A stretch of DNA of 58,887 nt, filler included, from Asterionella formosa (lineage: Eukaryota), in NCBI GenBank assembly GCA_002256025.1. It is 10 parts of 10 records of this genome, joined end to end, with 100 filler letters (N's around TTAATTAATTAA, not from the genome) between each part and the next. Parts side by side here need not be neighbours in the genome. Positions count along the whole stretch, not along the records: positions 35,455 to 41,241 come from NKIB01012922.1; positions 41,342 to 47,124 come from NKIB01012923.1; positions 47,225 to 53,006 come from NKIB01012924.1; 7 more parts are not named here. One strand, given 5' to 3'. The notes below the pieces were generated by a model. It was not told the origin of the DNA. It did no database searches and was given only the letters and a program-made list of their open reading frames with translations. A program made the translations under genes and the position numbers. Position 1 is the first letter of the stretch, and each line of letters starts with the position of its first letter. Below are positions 35,744 to 47,371 of the stretch, in pieces.

Positions 35744-37695
35744 CAGTGGAGCCTCCCTCAAAGATACATAGTACCCTATAGGATAGGATACACCCTCTAT
35801 ACAAGATACACTTTTCTCAATGGAGCACGCCCAATTGGAAATCCTTATAAGGGACCCTCTCTCTATACGATACACCCATCCATTAAATACACTTGGATAC
35901 ACTTTTTCTATAATATCGGTTATTCTGATCTCTGTATAAGATAAGAACAAGCGCCGCACACTCTGCACTCAGTTTGAGTCAGTAGTTTTCTACTTTGTTT
36001 TCCGTGCTTTGATCATCTCAAATCAGTGATGTGGACTGACAATCTTCAGTATTATGTCATGCTTAAGCATGTAATAGAAGTGTCAGTAGTATACGTACCA
36101 CATCATCTTGCTTAGCGATGATCTGGTGGAAATATCACTTGTGACATTACTTGTTAATGACACTTTTTATAATAATTTTTAGTTATATCCTTTACTGAAA
36201 TGAACCTTGATCGTTTCTTGTCCATTTGCTTCCATTCTTTCACTCATTTCAATCTCCAAGATTCAGACATCTTCACCATTGGGAACTGAAGGAACTATTG
36301 TGAAGAGCATGTTGGATAGCAGCAATAGAGCTACTTGGTGAAGGGATAGTGTTAGAGAAGTTGCTTTAAACTTGCCATAAGCATTGGAAATGTTCAAAAA
36401 GCAAAGAAAAAGAAGGAGGACTTGCTGATGGAAGGAGAATTGATGCAATCAATGAAAATGGCTTTCCTTAATAGCGGTACGGAAATCAGCACAGTATTGT
36501 GGATATGGCTGGCTTTGTAATGCTTGCACAAATGGATATCCAATTAGTGGACCCATCATCCTACAAAGCAAAGCTTTTTCGATAGCCAAAGCATTCGAAG
36601 CAGATTATAATTTTAAGGCATCTAATGGCTGGCTTGAAAAATGGAAGAAAAAAGGCACAATGTCAAATCCTATGCTATTTGTGGAGAGTCTGGGAATGTA
36701 GACATTGATAAGGCTGAAGAATTGATCTGGTTTGTGTGATGGATATACCCCAGCTGACAATTTTCAACATGGATGAGACTGGATACTTTTATCATGCTCT
36801 CCCTAATTCAAAGCTCAATTAAGTATTGAAATCATGCAAAGGAGGAAAATTAGCAAATGATCGAGTTACAGTTGCTTTGACATGCACTGCAGCTGGGGAA
36901 AAGCTGCAGCCGCTCATAATTGGGAAATGCAAGAAGCCTCAATGTTATCGAAACATTGATTTGAGCCGCCCTGGAGTTGTGTACAAGTCAAGTAGCAAAG
37001 CATGGATGACAAATCCTATTTTCAATGAGTATCTATTGGATTTGAATGCATACATGGCTTCTCAGAACAGGAAGATTTTTTGTTCTTAGATAACGCCCCT
37101 GTTCACATTGTTGATGAGGAAACAAGCTCAAGGCTAACATATGTAAAGGTTCAATTCTTCCCTTCAAACTTGACAAGTTTGTTGCAACCGTTAGATGCTG
37201 GAATCATTAGAAGTGTGAAAGCTCTTTCCCGTAAGCAGCAAGTTTTGCAGTTATTAAAATTTATTTAAATGGGAGAACATGCCGCAGATCTGGCTAAGAA
37301 ATTGCAGGTTATTGATACAATGAAGTATATGGCTACATCCTGCCTGTGGAAGTGTTGCAACTGAAACAATTCAAAAATGCTTTGAAGCATGTAGGTTTGA
37401 TAAGAATGTGATGACCGAAGAATGTGTATCAGTACCAGAGGAAACTGAAAATGAAGTGGAGGAACTGATGGAGAGGCTTGGAGAAGTTGATGTTCATTAT
37501 GTACAAGATTGCATTGGCAAATACTATGCAATCCCATGTGCTGAATTCTTAATTGCAAATTTTGTTGCTGAATATATTGATGTAGGGGATGAAAATGATG
37601 ACAGTGCCTTGGATAAAGGCGGTATCATGGCAGCAATCAGTGATGCGTCCAACAAGTTTCCTATAGAATTTTCAGTCTACTTTGTTCATTCATAG
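35744..37695 (+). mobile_element. Tigger/pogo (CENP-B-like) DNA transposon, decayed, right end missing
   Basis: TA|CAGTGGAGCCTCCCT terminus with GATACAC subterminal repeats. Transposase remnants: PISGPII, FKASNGWLEKWK, FNMDETG, CKGGKLANDRVTV, KAWMT, LDNAPVH, TSLLQPLDAGIIRSVK. Confidence 0.9.
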
Positions 37696-37699
37696 AGAT

Positions 37700-40234
37700 T
37701 ATAGATGTTTGCTCTGAATAATAATTGTTGTCGTTGATCACCCAACAGAGACGCATCGCTGTTGGTAAGTCTGTCAAAAGAAGCAAGGAGCACCAACCTC
37801 AAGTGAAAAATCAGACGGATTCACAGGACTAGTAGCAGGAGGGTTAGGGTTGAACAATAAGTCAATGGACAAGCGACGTCAAAGGAACAAGAAAGCGCGA
37901 ATAATCAGATAAATGAGGATTGATTGAAAGTGGGCGACATAAGATTGGTAGACTTGGGAATGTCTGGCGCAGTACCAGTCCAACAGAGGGCATCTGCATG
38001 AGTGTTATGCCCAAGGGACAATATAACATCATCATTAACAATCAAAGACAAATTATTATCGACCGACCAAGTGACATGAGAGTCATCACAAGTGGTAGCA
38101 ATAAATCCAAACCTTGTGAATTGAGGAACAAGAGCATTTTTTCAATTTGAGAGACAGTTTTGCAAGCCAATTTCGCTGTAGGACTCTTAGTGTCCTCAGT
38201 GAACTTCACAGTTGGTGCAATAGCAACAGCAGTGGGATCACAAGCAATGTGAGTAGCACCCGTGTGCGTTTTAACCCAACATTTGCACTTGGTGCACCAG
38301 AAAAAATTTGTGTCATGCCGGAAGATCATTGTTGGAGCACCAGCAGGTGGAGGAAGGTGCGTCCACTTAGTAGGACTTGGACAATTGTTTGCTTCTTATG
38401 TGCCCTTTCTTTCCACAATGATAGCAGCTGCTATTAGCAAGTTTAAAGGTGACAGAATCATCAGGAACTGCAGTGCCAGGTTTGATTGAGTTGCGGAGGG
38501 ACATCAGCTCTGCAACAATGATGGCTTGATATGCAGCATCGGAAGAAGCCTGGAAAGTGGCAGGGAGGGAGTCTGGATGAGACTTGAGAAGATTTAAGCC
38601 AACAATCCAGCGTCCATTTTCAAGTAGACGCTTGTAGTTGCGGAGAGCGATGTTACACAATGAATTTACACCAAGATCTGTTGATTGGAAGCGAAGATTG
38701 CAGCATTGTCTTTTCCAATGAGGCGTTTTTCTTGGATGTCAATTTCTTCAGAAAGAACATGAAATGCACTGCGAAAACCTTCAGTGCTGCAAAATAGAAC
38801 TTTTGAACAAGAATAGTAGAAGCCGTTTAATGAATGGAACCAACAATCTGACAATTTGAGGTTCTGAAACTTGGAGTGAGCGAGTATCGACCATGAGTTG
38901 AGCAGATCCAGAAGTAACATCATCAACAAGATCTAAGAATAACAATAAACCAGGACCTTGATTTCCATATGATGCAAGATGTGCCCGAAGTCCAAATAGA
39001 ATTGATTCTTCAACAGCATAGGACACAATTATATTCCACAAATGTGAAGCTTGTTCATCGGAAACTTGAGCACAAGAAAGGACAGAGGCAGGAGTTTCAA
39101 CGCCTAATGCATCAAGAATAGGAGCAGGTTCTGGTGCAAGGCAGTGATCAATGTAAGCCTATGCTTCAGTAAATGAGATGCGTGTGTAGTTTGTACTCAT
39201 GTCCCAAACATTTCCTTCATAGTCTGGAGCATGAAAGAAAGTGTCAACTCCACAGTTTTAAGCATCAAGGAGAAGAGCTTGACAAAGTCCACTGAGAGTG
39301 TAGTCCTTGAGAGGATCATAAGCATTGGGTCCCCGGTAGAGTCGTTTAGGTTCTTTATTTCATTATTCGAACAGACTGCGTCGTTCTGTAGCATCAACAA
39401 TCCGAGTTTGATAACAAGGTGACCACTGAGGGCGGAGGGTTACAGAAAAATCAGTGTTAAGGGTTCCAACGGAGTAACCAGAACCTACAAGGCGATCGAT
39501 ATCATGGCTGTCCAAACTTGGTAGCCATTCTTGCAACAGAAAAGAAACGAAGGAAGAGAGGAAAGTGAAAAAGAATGTAATCAGCAGAAAGAAAGGAAGA
39601 GCTAGTCGAAGAAGACTACCGATGGAAGCAAAGAAAATGAACGAAGGAAGAGCTAGTCGAAGAGGACTACCGATGGAAGCAAAAAAAATGAAAGAAGGAA
39701 GGGCTAGTCGAAGAAGACTACCGATGATGGAAGTGAAGGAAATTAAAGAAGTATCTAGAAAGAATTGAAGGGTAGTCGAAGAATACTACCGATGGAAGTA
39801 AAGGAAATGAACGAAGGAATCAGAAACAAGAAAGGAAGTGCTAGTCGAAAAAGACTACTGATTGAAGAAGCAGCAGCAGCAGATGAAGAAGAAGAATAAA
39901 AGAAATATTATGTTGGAAGGTTTGGGCTCAATAACCACTTGAAAGTGTTATGGAAACTGTAGATAATTGAATAATAGTAACATAAATGAAGACTTTTAGA
40001 CTCTATGTTTCAGAACAAAGTGAGCTAAATGTTAAAGGATTTAAGTAGAAGCTAGGAGTTGTCACCAGTTGACAACGACGACAGTCAATTTGAGAGAACG
40101 CAAGTTAGTAATAGTGGAGTGTCCACAATGGGCAGGTTGACCAGCATTAACTACAAAAGTCATGCTGTGGGAACCAAATGTCTGGAGAAATTGGTATTTA
40201 ACTGGTACTACTAGCTAGTGTCTATCCTTGTTCA
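37700..40234 (-). mobile_element. third copia element: LTR, PBS, leader and decayed gag (pol absent); boundaries approximate
   Basis: PBS TGGTTATTGAGCCC at 39925-39938 on the minus strand, close to the GGTTATGAGCCC copia type. Gag motifs GPGLLLFLDLV, CYHCGKKGH and WCTKCKCWVKTHTGATH. Confidence 0.75.
39593..39865. repeat. ~51-bp tandem repeat, about 5 degenerating units
   Basis: aaggaagagctagtcgaagaagactaccgatggaagcaaagaaaatgaacg at 39593, 39644 and 39695, plus degenerate copies. Confidence 0.9.
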
Positions 40235-40283
40235 ATCAAGATTTTTGAACCTTATTCAAAGAAGCACCATTTAGAATCCCCCA

Positions 40284-40750
40284 TTTACTCTTGAATTCGG
40301 ATGTCATCAAAAAGTCGAAACAAAGCCACTCTGAGGTTGTGGTTGCTCCTAGCCCTCTTTGTTTGATTGTCACTTTCATCTTACAGCTCAATGATTTGAG
40401 CAAACTTGTCTTGATATCAAAATCTTGTTTTCTCCAAAGCAGCAGTGTTCTTGCCCCAAAACCCGACCCTACACAGCTCTGTTCCATCTCAGACAAAAAG
40501 CCTTCATTGCCATCTGCAGCTCTTCCTCCTCACCAATCTCCACCATTGTTGTCAGCTTGAAATGCACTGTATCATTGATGCAAACATGAGCTCTTTCTCC
40601 TCACCAATCTCCACCATTGTTGTCAGCTTGAAACGCACTGTATCATTGATGCAAACATGAGCTCCACATCATCACTGTTGCACACAGTTTCGCCAATTTG
40701 TGACACTGGGTACTAGGCCGAGTATTTCTCCATCTCGAGGGGATGCAGTG
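40284..40750 (-). pseudogene. Cys-rich/HIRAN-like transposon-associated ORF, copy 1 (decayed)
   Basis: DGEILGL..TNWRNCVQQ..CGAHV..DTVHFKL..DGTELCRVGF..DKFAQIIEL*DESDNQTKRARSNHN..ALFRLFDDIRIQE*. Homologous to 55880-56246. Confidence 0.8.
40518..40659. repeat. 71-bp tandem duplication inside the ORF remnant
   Basis: agctctt(c/t)ctcctcaccaatctccaccattgttgtcagcttgaaa(t/c)gcactgtatcattgatgcaaacatg occurs twice. Confidence 0.92.
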
Positions 40751-40879
40751 CCTAACAAAATTATATGATGCGCCACATACTGGGAGCTTCTTCTTATAAT
40801 AGAAAAATATATGTGTTCTATTTTCTCCACAAGTAAAATATTTGGGTGTGTAGCACCAGATGTACACTGAGGAGACAGG

Positions 40880-40913
40880 AGCGTGGTGGACGACGGAAGC
40901 ACGGGATTTACGG
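40880..40913 (-). mobile_element. pogo-type terminus TA|CCGTAAATCCCG
   Basis: ...gggatttacgg|ta at 40903-40915, the same CCGTA end class as the element at 58602. The partner end is not seen. Confidence 0.5.
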
Positions 40914-41048
40914 TAGCAGGTACCGGTAGTATGATGATGTGATAATTTGCTGCCCGCCTTTTCTTATTGGCACGTTGCATGCTTCCTTTACTTATTTATG
41001 TCCCCTTCCTTCCAGTCATCATTGTTCTTCGTCAGCTCATCGTCTCCA

Positions 41049-41188
41049 ATGCCCCCTCAATTAACTCAAGTAGCCCGACTATCGGATGGAATGCCTTTAG
41101 TGGCGACAATCTCGAGTAGTCCAGATTCGCCGGTGACTTCCACACAGCAAGGCCAAGCCAAGGACATTCTACGGTCGTTGACGCATCA
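41049..41188 (+). CDS. SEC22: R-SNARE Sec22, first exon (rest beyond the contig end)
   Basis: LTQVARLSDGMPLVAT...QQGQAKDILRSL matches the Sec22 longin N-terminus. It is followed by a GTGAGT donor. Confidence 0.75.
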
Positions 41189-41391
41189 GTGAGTGCACCT
41201 TTCTCGTGACCCCCCTTGCCGTACGATACTTGCCCTCCTCANNNNNNNNNNNNNNNNNNNNNNNNNNNNNNNNNNNNNNNNNNNNTTAATTAATTAANNN
41301 NNNNNNNNNNNNNNNNNNNNNNNNNNNNNNNNNNNNNNNNNTCATTTTCAAGAAAACTGCAGATCATTGGGGCCAGGATGACGCTTCTTCT

Positions 41392-44300
41392 TCAGACAGA
41401 TAGAACAGGGACGGGTGTAGATGGATTTGACCCTGATGGACTCATTGCACAGAAGCATCCGCAACCAGTGGGACATGAGGATTGTTTTGAGAACCAGTCT
41501 GTCATGTGATTCATGTGACCGCCGTGCCCACATTTTTCACAAAATGTGAACAGCCCCCTCACAGCGCAATCACATATCGAGCAACGAAAAGCAAAGTCGT
41601 GACATGAAGAACACACGTTAGTGCCCGGAGTAGCACTTCCATCACATTTGGAACAACGAATCGCTGTTCCGATGCCAGGAGTATCGGCTCCTTCATCGAC
41701 AAGATTTGGTGACCCTTCGAAAAAAGAACAAAAGGGCATTTGGTGCACAATATGCTTCATCACTTCGGCTCTCACAGTTAGAAGGTCCCAGCTATACAGA
41801 ATTTCGCTATATCTGCGCATGGCAATATCAAATTTACTATTGAAGCTGGTTGGTAGAAGCAAGGAAGCATCGCGCTTGCTGTCAACTACCTTGCGTTGTC
41901 CACCACTTAACACGCAAACCATGGTGGACAACATTTGAACGTCGCCCTCCGATTCGTAATAGTTCAATAGATTGACAACCAGATCCTGCCCGAGGGAACC
42001 ACCAGATGAACCACCCCATCCGCTGAATGAGCCTACCTCGTCCGTAGCCTGGTTCTCGATCGTTTCTGCCAGAAGTGACCATACGTTTGCCTTGTCCTCT
42101 TGGCCCAAATCTCGACATACATTTGAATTATGGACGCAAGTACCTTTCATCTTCCCGAGCAACTGCTCAAGGTACTCTTGTCTCTCTTTCGTTTCTTTCT
42201 CAGGGTTCAGGACAACGACGCTGACTCTCTTTGTTTCTTCAATGTAAGAATCTGCGGAGAAATTCGTCGCTGATCCTTGCATCATGGCATTTAATGAGCT
42301 GTTTTTCTTTATGGTTTTGGGAAGCATCGGGGCGTCTGGTGGCGAAACGATGTTCTGATATGATGGACCATCTTGCTGATGACTGAAAAGCTTTTTAAGG
42401 AAGACAAGACTTTCTTGTCGGCTAGGGCGAACACTGTATTCCCCACCATGTACTGCCTCTTCGCCTACAACGCTGTCGTCCATTTGTGAATTGACCAGCA
42501 GCGGAATACTTCTAGACAAACCGTTAGGACCCAACGGCCCAGGTTCAGGAGAAAACTGCGACCTTTGTGACTTTGGCATAATGGAGCGAAAACTTGTCTG
42601 ACTGCGACTTGTCGACGAATCTATGTTGGTTTGATACCGGTTGCGATCGGGAAAACTGAACGATGTTTCCTGAGCGGTTTTCTGAAATGGTGGTGCGAAC
42701 CAATCGCTTAAGAGAAGCCTTTCTGCGAGTTGCGGTGTTTGGCCATTGAAAAAAATGTCATTTGCATGAGATACACTCACGATGGGAGAGAGAAGGTCGG
42801 TAGTTGGTCCATCAAGCCGATTTTCACTTGTAGAAGCGCTGATTTTGTCTTTCATATCTAATGATCGAGCGGAAGGATCAGCCTTCCCTTTCGGTGACAA
42901 TGAAGGCACTGCAATTGGCTTCTGAATTCCGCCTAAATATTTGTCGAAAAAGTCCCCGTTTTCCTCTGAATCTGCGTCCCCGTCCTCGGTAGTATCATCG
43001 TCACCAAGTAGGTCATCAAGAGAACCATCGCTACCAGTTGCATCCGCACCACCAGAGTCTTCTTCTTGCCCCCACTGGGCCTTTTTCGAAGCCTCTGTCA
43101 TGTCTATAAGGTCTTTAAGTGTTCGTGGTACATTTTGCGATGAATCCTCGGTATCAACTTTATTGGCTGCTTCATAAGGCTTAGACTCTTTGGTTTGAAG
43201 GAATGACATACCCATGATGCTTGATCGACGTTTACCTGACTGCTGGTACCAAGACCACATCTTTTTGACTTCCCCGTTTTGAAAGCAGATCAACCCACCT
43301 ATTCCTGGGCTGAACGAAGCACCGCACAGACGAGGACAAGGTATTTCCCGAATATTAATTTTGTTCATAATTGCTGCTGTTTTCTGTATCTTATCGGTGA
43401 TTGTCTCAACGCTTCGGGTTCCAGGAAGTATCGATCCGCTCACGGAGTTTATTGCGTTAATTGGTCCAACTCCGGCTTTAATAATCGCTGGATCATCCAG
43501 ATCAAACTGCATGCCTCCAATTTCTACTGATCGAGTGCTTGGGTGCGTTTCCTGCATGATGATATCGACTTCTCGTTCGCTCGCCATAATTTGTGGCGAG
43601 AGATCGAGGAATCCACCGCTAAATGACTCGTCGAGTCCAACTATAAAGCTTTGTCGGGGCTTTTCGCCAAAGGACCGCATAGCAATTGCGGCATCAGAAA
43701 ATACATTTTCCAGCGTGTCACTGAGGTAAACTGTTCCAGTGGGCCCTGTTTTACGCCATGGCTCACCATTGATAGTGTTATTCTCCATTGTTGCTCTCAA
43801 GGTTGTACTCATAAGAGTAGTCGTTGTGACGAATCCAGAATCTGTGAGGCAGCAAAGTAGCATCTCTCTTTGGTTTTCATCAATGTCTTTGTCATGATGC
43901 TTCGCTTGCGGCATGGCGACTGCTAGTTCTGCGCCTATGAGAGCACCTGTGTTAATGTTCCCTACTGTTGACGAGAGGTGAGCTTCGACAGTCCCACTTC
44001 GGCATGACAAAACATTTTTCACACAGATATTTGGTGTGACATCTGAAGAATCATCATCGCTGGAATTCAGCTTCCAGACGTCGGCTCTCCAACCCATATG
44101 TTCTTCATTGCTCTCAATTGAAACCGTTACAATATGACTTTTCAAGTCATCAAAGATGTCGGGGCAGACTCTAGCGCAGGCAAGACCCGGGGTGGTGAAT
44201 TGAGCTACAAGGTGGACAGCACTCGCAACCCTATTTGGTGATCCAACTCTGCTGATATCTAGCGGGGAGCGCTCTGATGCAGATCCGTCCATAAACCAAT

Positions 44301-45342
44301 ACTCGTCGTCAGCTGAATTGATAAAGCTCTCTTGATGTGCAGTTGCTGCCGTTGTCCAAATCTTCACGATAGCACCAGCGTGAGGTGCGTCTAGTCCCCA
44401 TGTGATCCAGTTCGTCTCATGGTTTGCGCCGATCGTTGATGTCAGCCCAACACCTCCGTATTGATGAGCAGGAAACGTGCAAATTGATCTCGTCATTCCT
44501 TTGTTCCGTGTACCTGCAATTCGCATGTCATACACTCGGACAACGCCAGAGGCATCTAAAGTAGCACATTCTTCGTTCTTTGCACTCGCCACTTGCAACA
44601 AAGGCGAAGCATCTGCCTGTGAAGTTCCAAAACGTATTGATGGTCTACCGGATTTCGACCCAAGGCAAGACCGAAGATCCCAAACCGATACATTTGCGGC
44701 GTTTGCCACAGCTAGCAAAGGATAGGATGATGACTCAATCCAAACCAAACTCTTGATTGATGCCTCCGACGAATCATTTGCAGTGACATTAGCTCCAAGT
44801 CTTCCTAACAGTGGGCTCAAGCTGTGACCACTTGCATCCCAAATGAGCACCCCACTTCCTCGAGCAGCTGCCAAGAGGAGAGCATGCTGGAGTTTCGGTT
44901 CAAAGGCTAATGTCCTTATCGACCCAAGCTCCGAATTCGTCGACGAAGCATGACTCAGGATCAGCAAAGGAGTTTGTGGCCTCGACATGCGAAAAAGTGC
45001 CACGCCATTTCTGCCTGCAATGGCGCCAAGAGACGAAGAAGCGTCCTTGTATCTCTGAGAACTCTGGTGTCCAATGAATCTTGGAGCCTCAACTTCAGAT
45101 TCTTCTGAAAAGTAAGAACACGTTGGAGCAGAGCATGCAATTGCTTGAGGCCGAAAGGGTTGGTACTTCGCAATGGAACGAAGGCGTGGAACAGCCCGAT
45201 TGTTTTCTATTTTGTCAAGTGACAGTGACTTCGGTGAACTTATTTCTTTTGCTGGTGATAAATCTGGCGAAGGAGGAAGTTGCGTCATGGACGCAGCTCC
45301 TTGTGCTATTGTCTGCGCCGAGAAGTAGGCAGAAAAGGCCAT
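41392..45342 (-). CDS. WDR59: GATOR2/SEA complex subunit WDR59 (Sea3)-like
   Basis: N-terminal WD-type strands (VLIWD, VSVWDLR, VRVYDMR), PCPRLCGASF, GDVQMLSTMVCVL, YSEILYSWDLL, and C-terminal RING CSICDCAVRGL..CGHGGH..H..WF..CPTGCGC. Confidence 0.85.
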   Translation of the reverse strand: MAFSAYFSAQTIAQGAASMTQLPPSPDLSPAKEISSPKSLSLDKIENNRAVPRLRSIAKYQPFRPQAIACSAPTCSYFSEESEVEAPRFIGHQSSQRYKDASSSLGAIAGRNGVALFRMSRPQTPLLILSHASSTNSELGSIRTLAFEPKLQHALLLAAARGSGVLIWDASGHSLSPLLGRLGANVTANDSSEASIKSLVWIESSSYPLLAVANAANVSVWDLRSCLGSKSGRPSIRFGTSQADASPLLQVASAKNEECATLDASGVVRVYDMRIAGTRNKGMTRSICTFPAHQYGGVGLTSTIGANHETNWITWGLDAPHAGAIVKIWTTAATAHQESFINSADDEYWFMDGSASERSPLDISRVGSPNRVASAVHLVAQFTTPGLACARVCPDIFDDLKSHIVTVSIESNEEHMGWRADVWKLNSSDDDSSDVTPNICVKNVLSCRSGTVEAHLSSTVGNINTGALIGAELAVAMPQAKHHDKDIDENQREMLLCCLTDSGFVTTTTLMSTTLRATMENNTINGEPWRKTGPTGTVYLSDTLENVFSDAAIAMRSFGEKPRQSFIVGLDESFSGGFLDLSPQIMASEREVDIIMQETHPSTRSVEIGGMQFDLDDPAIIKAGVGPINAINSVSGSILPGTRSVETITDKIQKTAAIMNKINIREIPCPRLCGASFSPGIGGLICFQNGEVKKMWSWYQQSGKRRSSIMGMSFLQTKESKPYEAANKVDTEDSSQNVPRTLKDLIDMTEASKKAQWGQEEDSGGADATGSDGSLDDLLGDDDTTEDGDADSEENGDFFDKYLGGIQKPIAVPSLSPKGKADPSARSLDMKDKISASTSENRLDGPTTDLLSPIVSVSHANDIFFNGQTPQLAERLLLSDWFAPPFQKTAQETSFSFPDRNRYQTNIDSSTSRSQTSFRSIMPKSQRSQFSPEPGPLGPNGLSRSIPLLVNSQMDDSVVGEEAVHGGEYSVRPSRQESLVFLKKLFSHQQDGPSYQNIVSPPDAPMLPKTIKKNSSLNAMMQGSATNFSADSYIEETKRVSVVVLNPEKETKERQEYLEQLLGKMKGTCVHNSNVCRDLGQEDKANVWSLLAETIENQATDEVGSFSGWGGSSGGSLGQDLVVNLLNYYESEGDVQMLSTMVCVLSGGQRKVVDSKRDASLLLPTSFNSKFDIAMRRYSEILYSWDLLTVRAEVMKHIVHQMPFCSFFEGSPNLVDEGADTPGIGTAIRCSKCDGSATPGTNVCSSCHDFAFRCSICDCAVRGLFTFCEKCGHGGHMNHMTDWFSKQSSCPTGCGCFCAMSPSGSNPSTPVPVLSV

Positions 45343-46141
45343 GGCGATTGCAGCGAAGTATTGAAGGTATTTGATTTATTAAAGATCACGCAACTTTATT
45401 TCTTTTGCATTTCATGACAACAGCTCGAGATCGAGCGATCACGACGAATGAAAATGATGACCTTCTTGTTTGTTGCTTGGGGATTTTCTTAGTACATAAT
45501 AGTAGCAAAGGATCGAGTCTGGGGAAAAAATATATAAGATGAGTTGCACAACCATTTTACCGGACACTGAGGTCGGTGTGTTCCGATTGTACCAGTCAGC
45601 TACATAGGACAAATTCTACACACGAGTATATGGAGAAACGGAATCCAGAATCAGCTTGGATGTAGTGCTTGATGTCGAAATCGAGCATCACATCATCAGC
45701 ATATCCAATCACACCGGGAGCGATATAGCAGTATCGCAGCTGGTACAAGATACCTGGTACCAGTAACCTGGAAGGGGTTACGTACTCACCACTCTAAGGA
45801 TGCTTTTCAGCACCACAGGAGGGCCATGTACGCGGCCAAAGTCAAAGAGTTTATCTTATCACATACATACATTGCTTTCTCCTAGCAGCTACATGGCAAC
45901 ATACCTTATGTACCTGACAGATATCAAGGACAGAAAGTGTGGAGTAAATAAAGCGCAGAGCTCACTATGTAAACTTGATGTTACAGTATTGCTTAAGCTA
46001 AGTGGCGATAAAAAGTTGAGATTGTTTGAACCATTTGGAGAGCTCAACACATAAACTGAAGAATGTTGAATGCAGCATGTGCTAGGCTATAACTATTTGT
46101 CGTGACTCTAAACTAAGACATAGATGCATTAGCATCAACAA

Positions 46142-46936
46142 CTAAAAATCCATGCTTCCCATTCCAGTATCCTTTCCTAGCTCTCCATTTCGTTGCTTTA
46201 ACATGGTCTCTCCAATCATCTTCTTCATTTTATCATCGCCATTGTCATACATTTCCTTCATCATTTCCATAATTCCTTGTGATGGATCTTCCTTCCCTTT
46301 CCCCTTTAGTTTGGTCTTCTTGCTGACAAGCTCTGACCAGTGATCAAATCCGTATTCGCCCTTCACCTTTGCAAGTTTGAGCACAACCTTATCAGTCTTT
46401 ACAGTGTATGAAGATTTGTCTGTGTCAATATCGTGCGAAAGATTGTCTTTGAAGAGTCGGTATGACTTTCCATTCAAGTCCTTGACAATAAGATCAAATG
46501 AACCAGCTTTAAATTCACATGTGATGAGGCCCTTATCTAAAGCTCCCACCGCAGGCAAAGGCACATACACCGTAACATGGCTCGAATTGTATTTTCCAGC
46601 GTCAAAGGAAAAGCGATCGATTGGATGAAACTTGGCACTTGGCATGATCGGGGGCACAGCTACTGTTTTTGGAGGATCAACTGGTTGAACAGCAACTGGT
46701 ACAGCGGGCTCCTCGCTAACAACCTTCGCTGCATTCTTGGCTCGACTTACTTCCACTCTCTTCAACGCCTCGCTCTCCTTTCGAAGTTTCTTACAAAGAG
46801 CTTCCAAATGCATCTTGGCGGTAGGTCGGGTAACGGAAGCAGCCGCCTCTTCAATGGCTTCGGCATCCAGTAAGCGCTCACCTGATTGAAGAATTTCTTC
46901 AATAACGACTTCGTCGATATCTTCTACGTCAACCAT
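46142..46936 (-). CDS. CACYBP: calcyclin-binding protein / Siah-interacting protein (CS + SGS domains)
   Basis: CS domain (SFDLIVKDLNGKSYRL..NL..DIDTDKS..VKTDKVVLKLAK) and SGS DPSQGIMEMMKEMYDNGDDKMKKMIGE. Confidence 0.92.
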   Translation of the reverse strand: MVDVEDIDEVVIEEILQSGERLLDAEAIEEAAASVTRPTAKMHLEALCKKLRKESEALKRVEVSRAKNAAKVVSEEPAVPVAVQPVDPPKTVAVPPIMPSAKFHPIDRFSFDAGKYNSSHVTVYVPLPAVGALDKGLITCEFKAGSFDLIVKDLNGKSYRLFKDNLSHDIDTDKSSYTVKTDKVVLKLAKVKGEYGFDHWSELVSKKTKLKGKGKEDPSQGIMEMMKEMYDNGDDKMKKMIGETMLKQRNGELGKDTGMGSMDF

Positions 46937-47371
46937 CTTCGATTGTCGCTCAGCGTTGGTAACAGTACTGAAGGCAGTATATTTAAACGATAGTACCGGT
47001 ACTCTTTCCGCTTTTTACACCTAGACTAAACTTCAATTGTTATGACAACTTTGGATGAGGGCTACCAACCACCCCAGGTCCCTGGTAAGGGTACTGGTAC
47101 CAAGGGGTACCAGTGTACCGGTATNNNNNNNNNNNNNNNNNNNNNNNNNNNNNNNNNNNNNNNNNNNNTTAATTAATTAANNNNNNNNNNNNNNNNNNNN
47201 NNNNNNNNNNNNNNNNNNNNNNNNTTCTTCCTCCCTGCTTTCTTTTTCATTTCTGCTCCAGAGGAATGAACCGATGATAAGATATAAAAGTGCAAAGCAA
47301 CTGATATTGACTTGTTCCTTTCATCTCATCTCCTTCCAACCAACGATACAAAAGTCATTCATTGCAGTAGT

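Noticed and set aside
39593..39865. CRISPR-like array
   Set aside because: The units are tandem repeats without unique spacers, there are no cas genes, and the context is a eukaryotic retrotransposon.
35744..40913. Single element comprising the Tigger transposase and the convergent accessory ORF
   Set aside because: The left terminus (CAGTGGAGCC) does not match the right terminus (CCGTAAATCC), so these are two different elements separated by a copia fragment.
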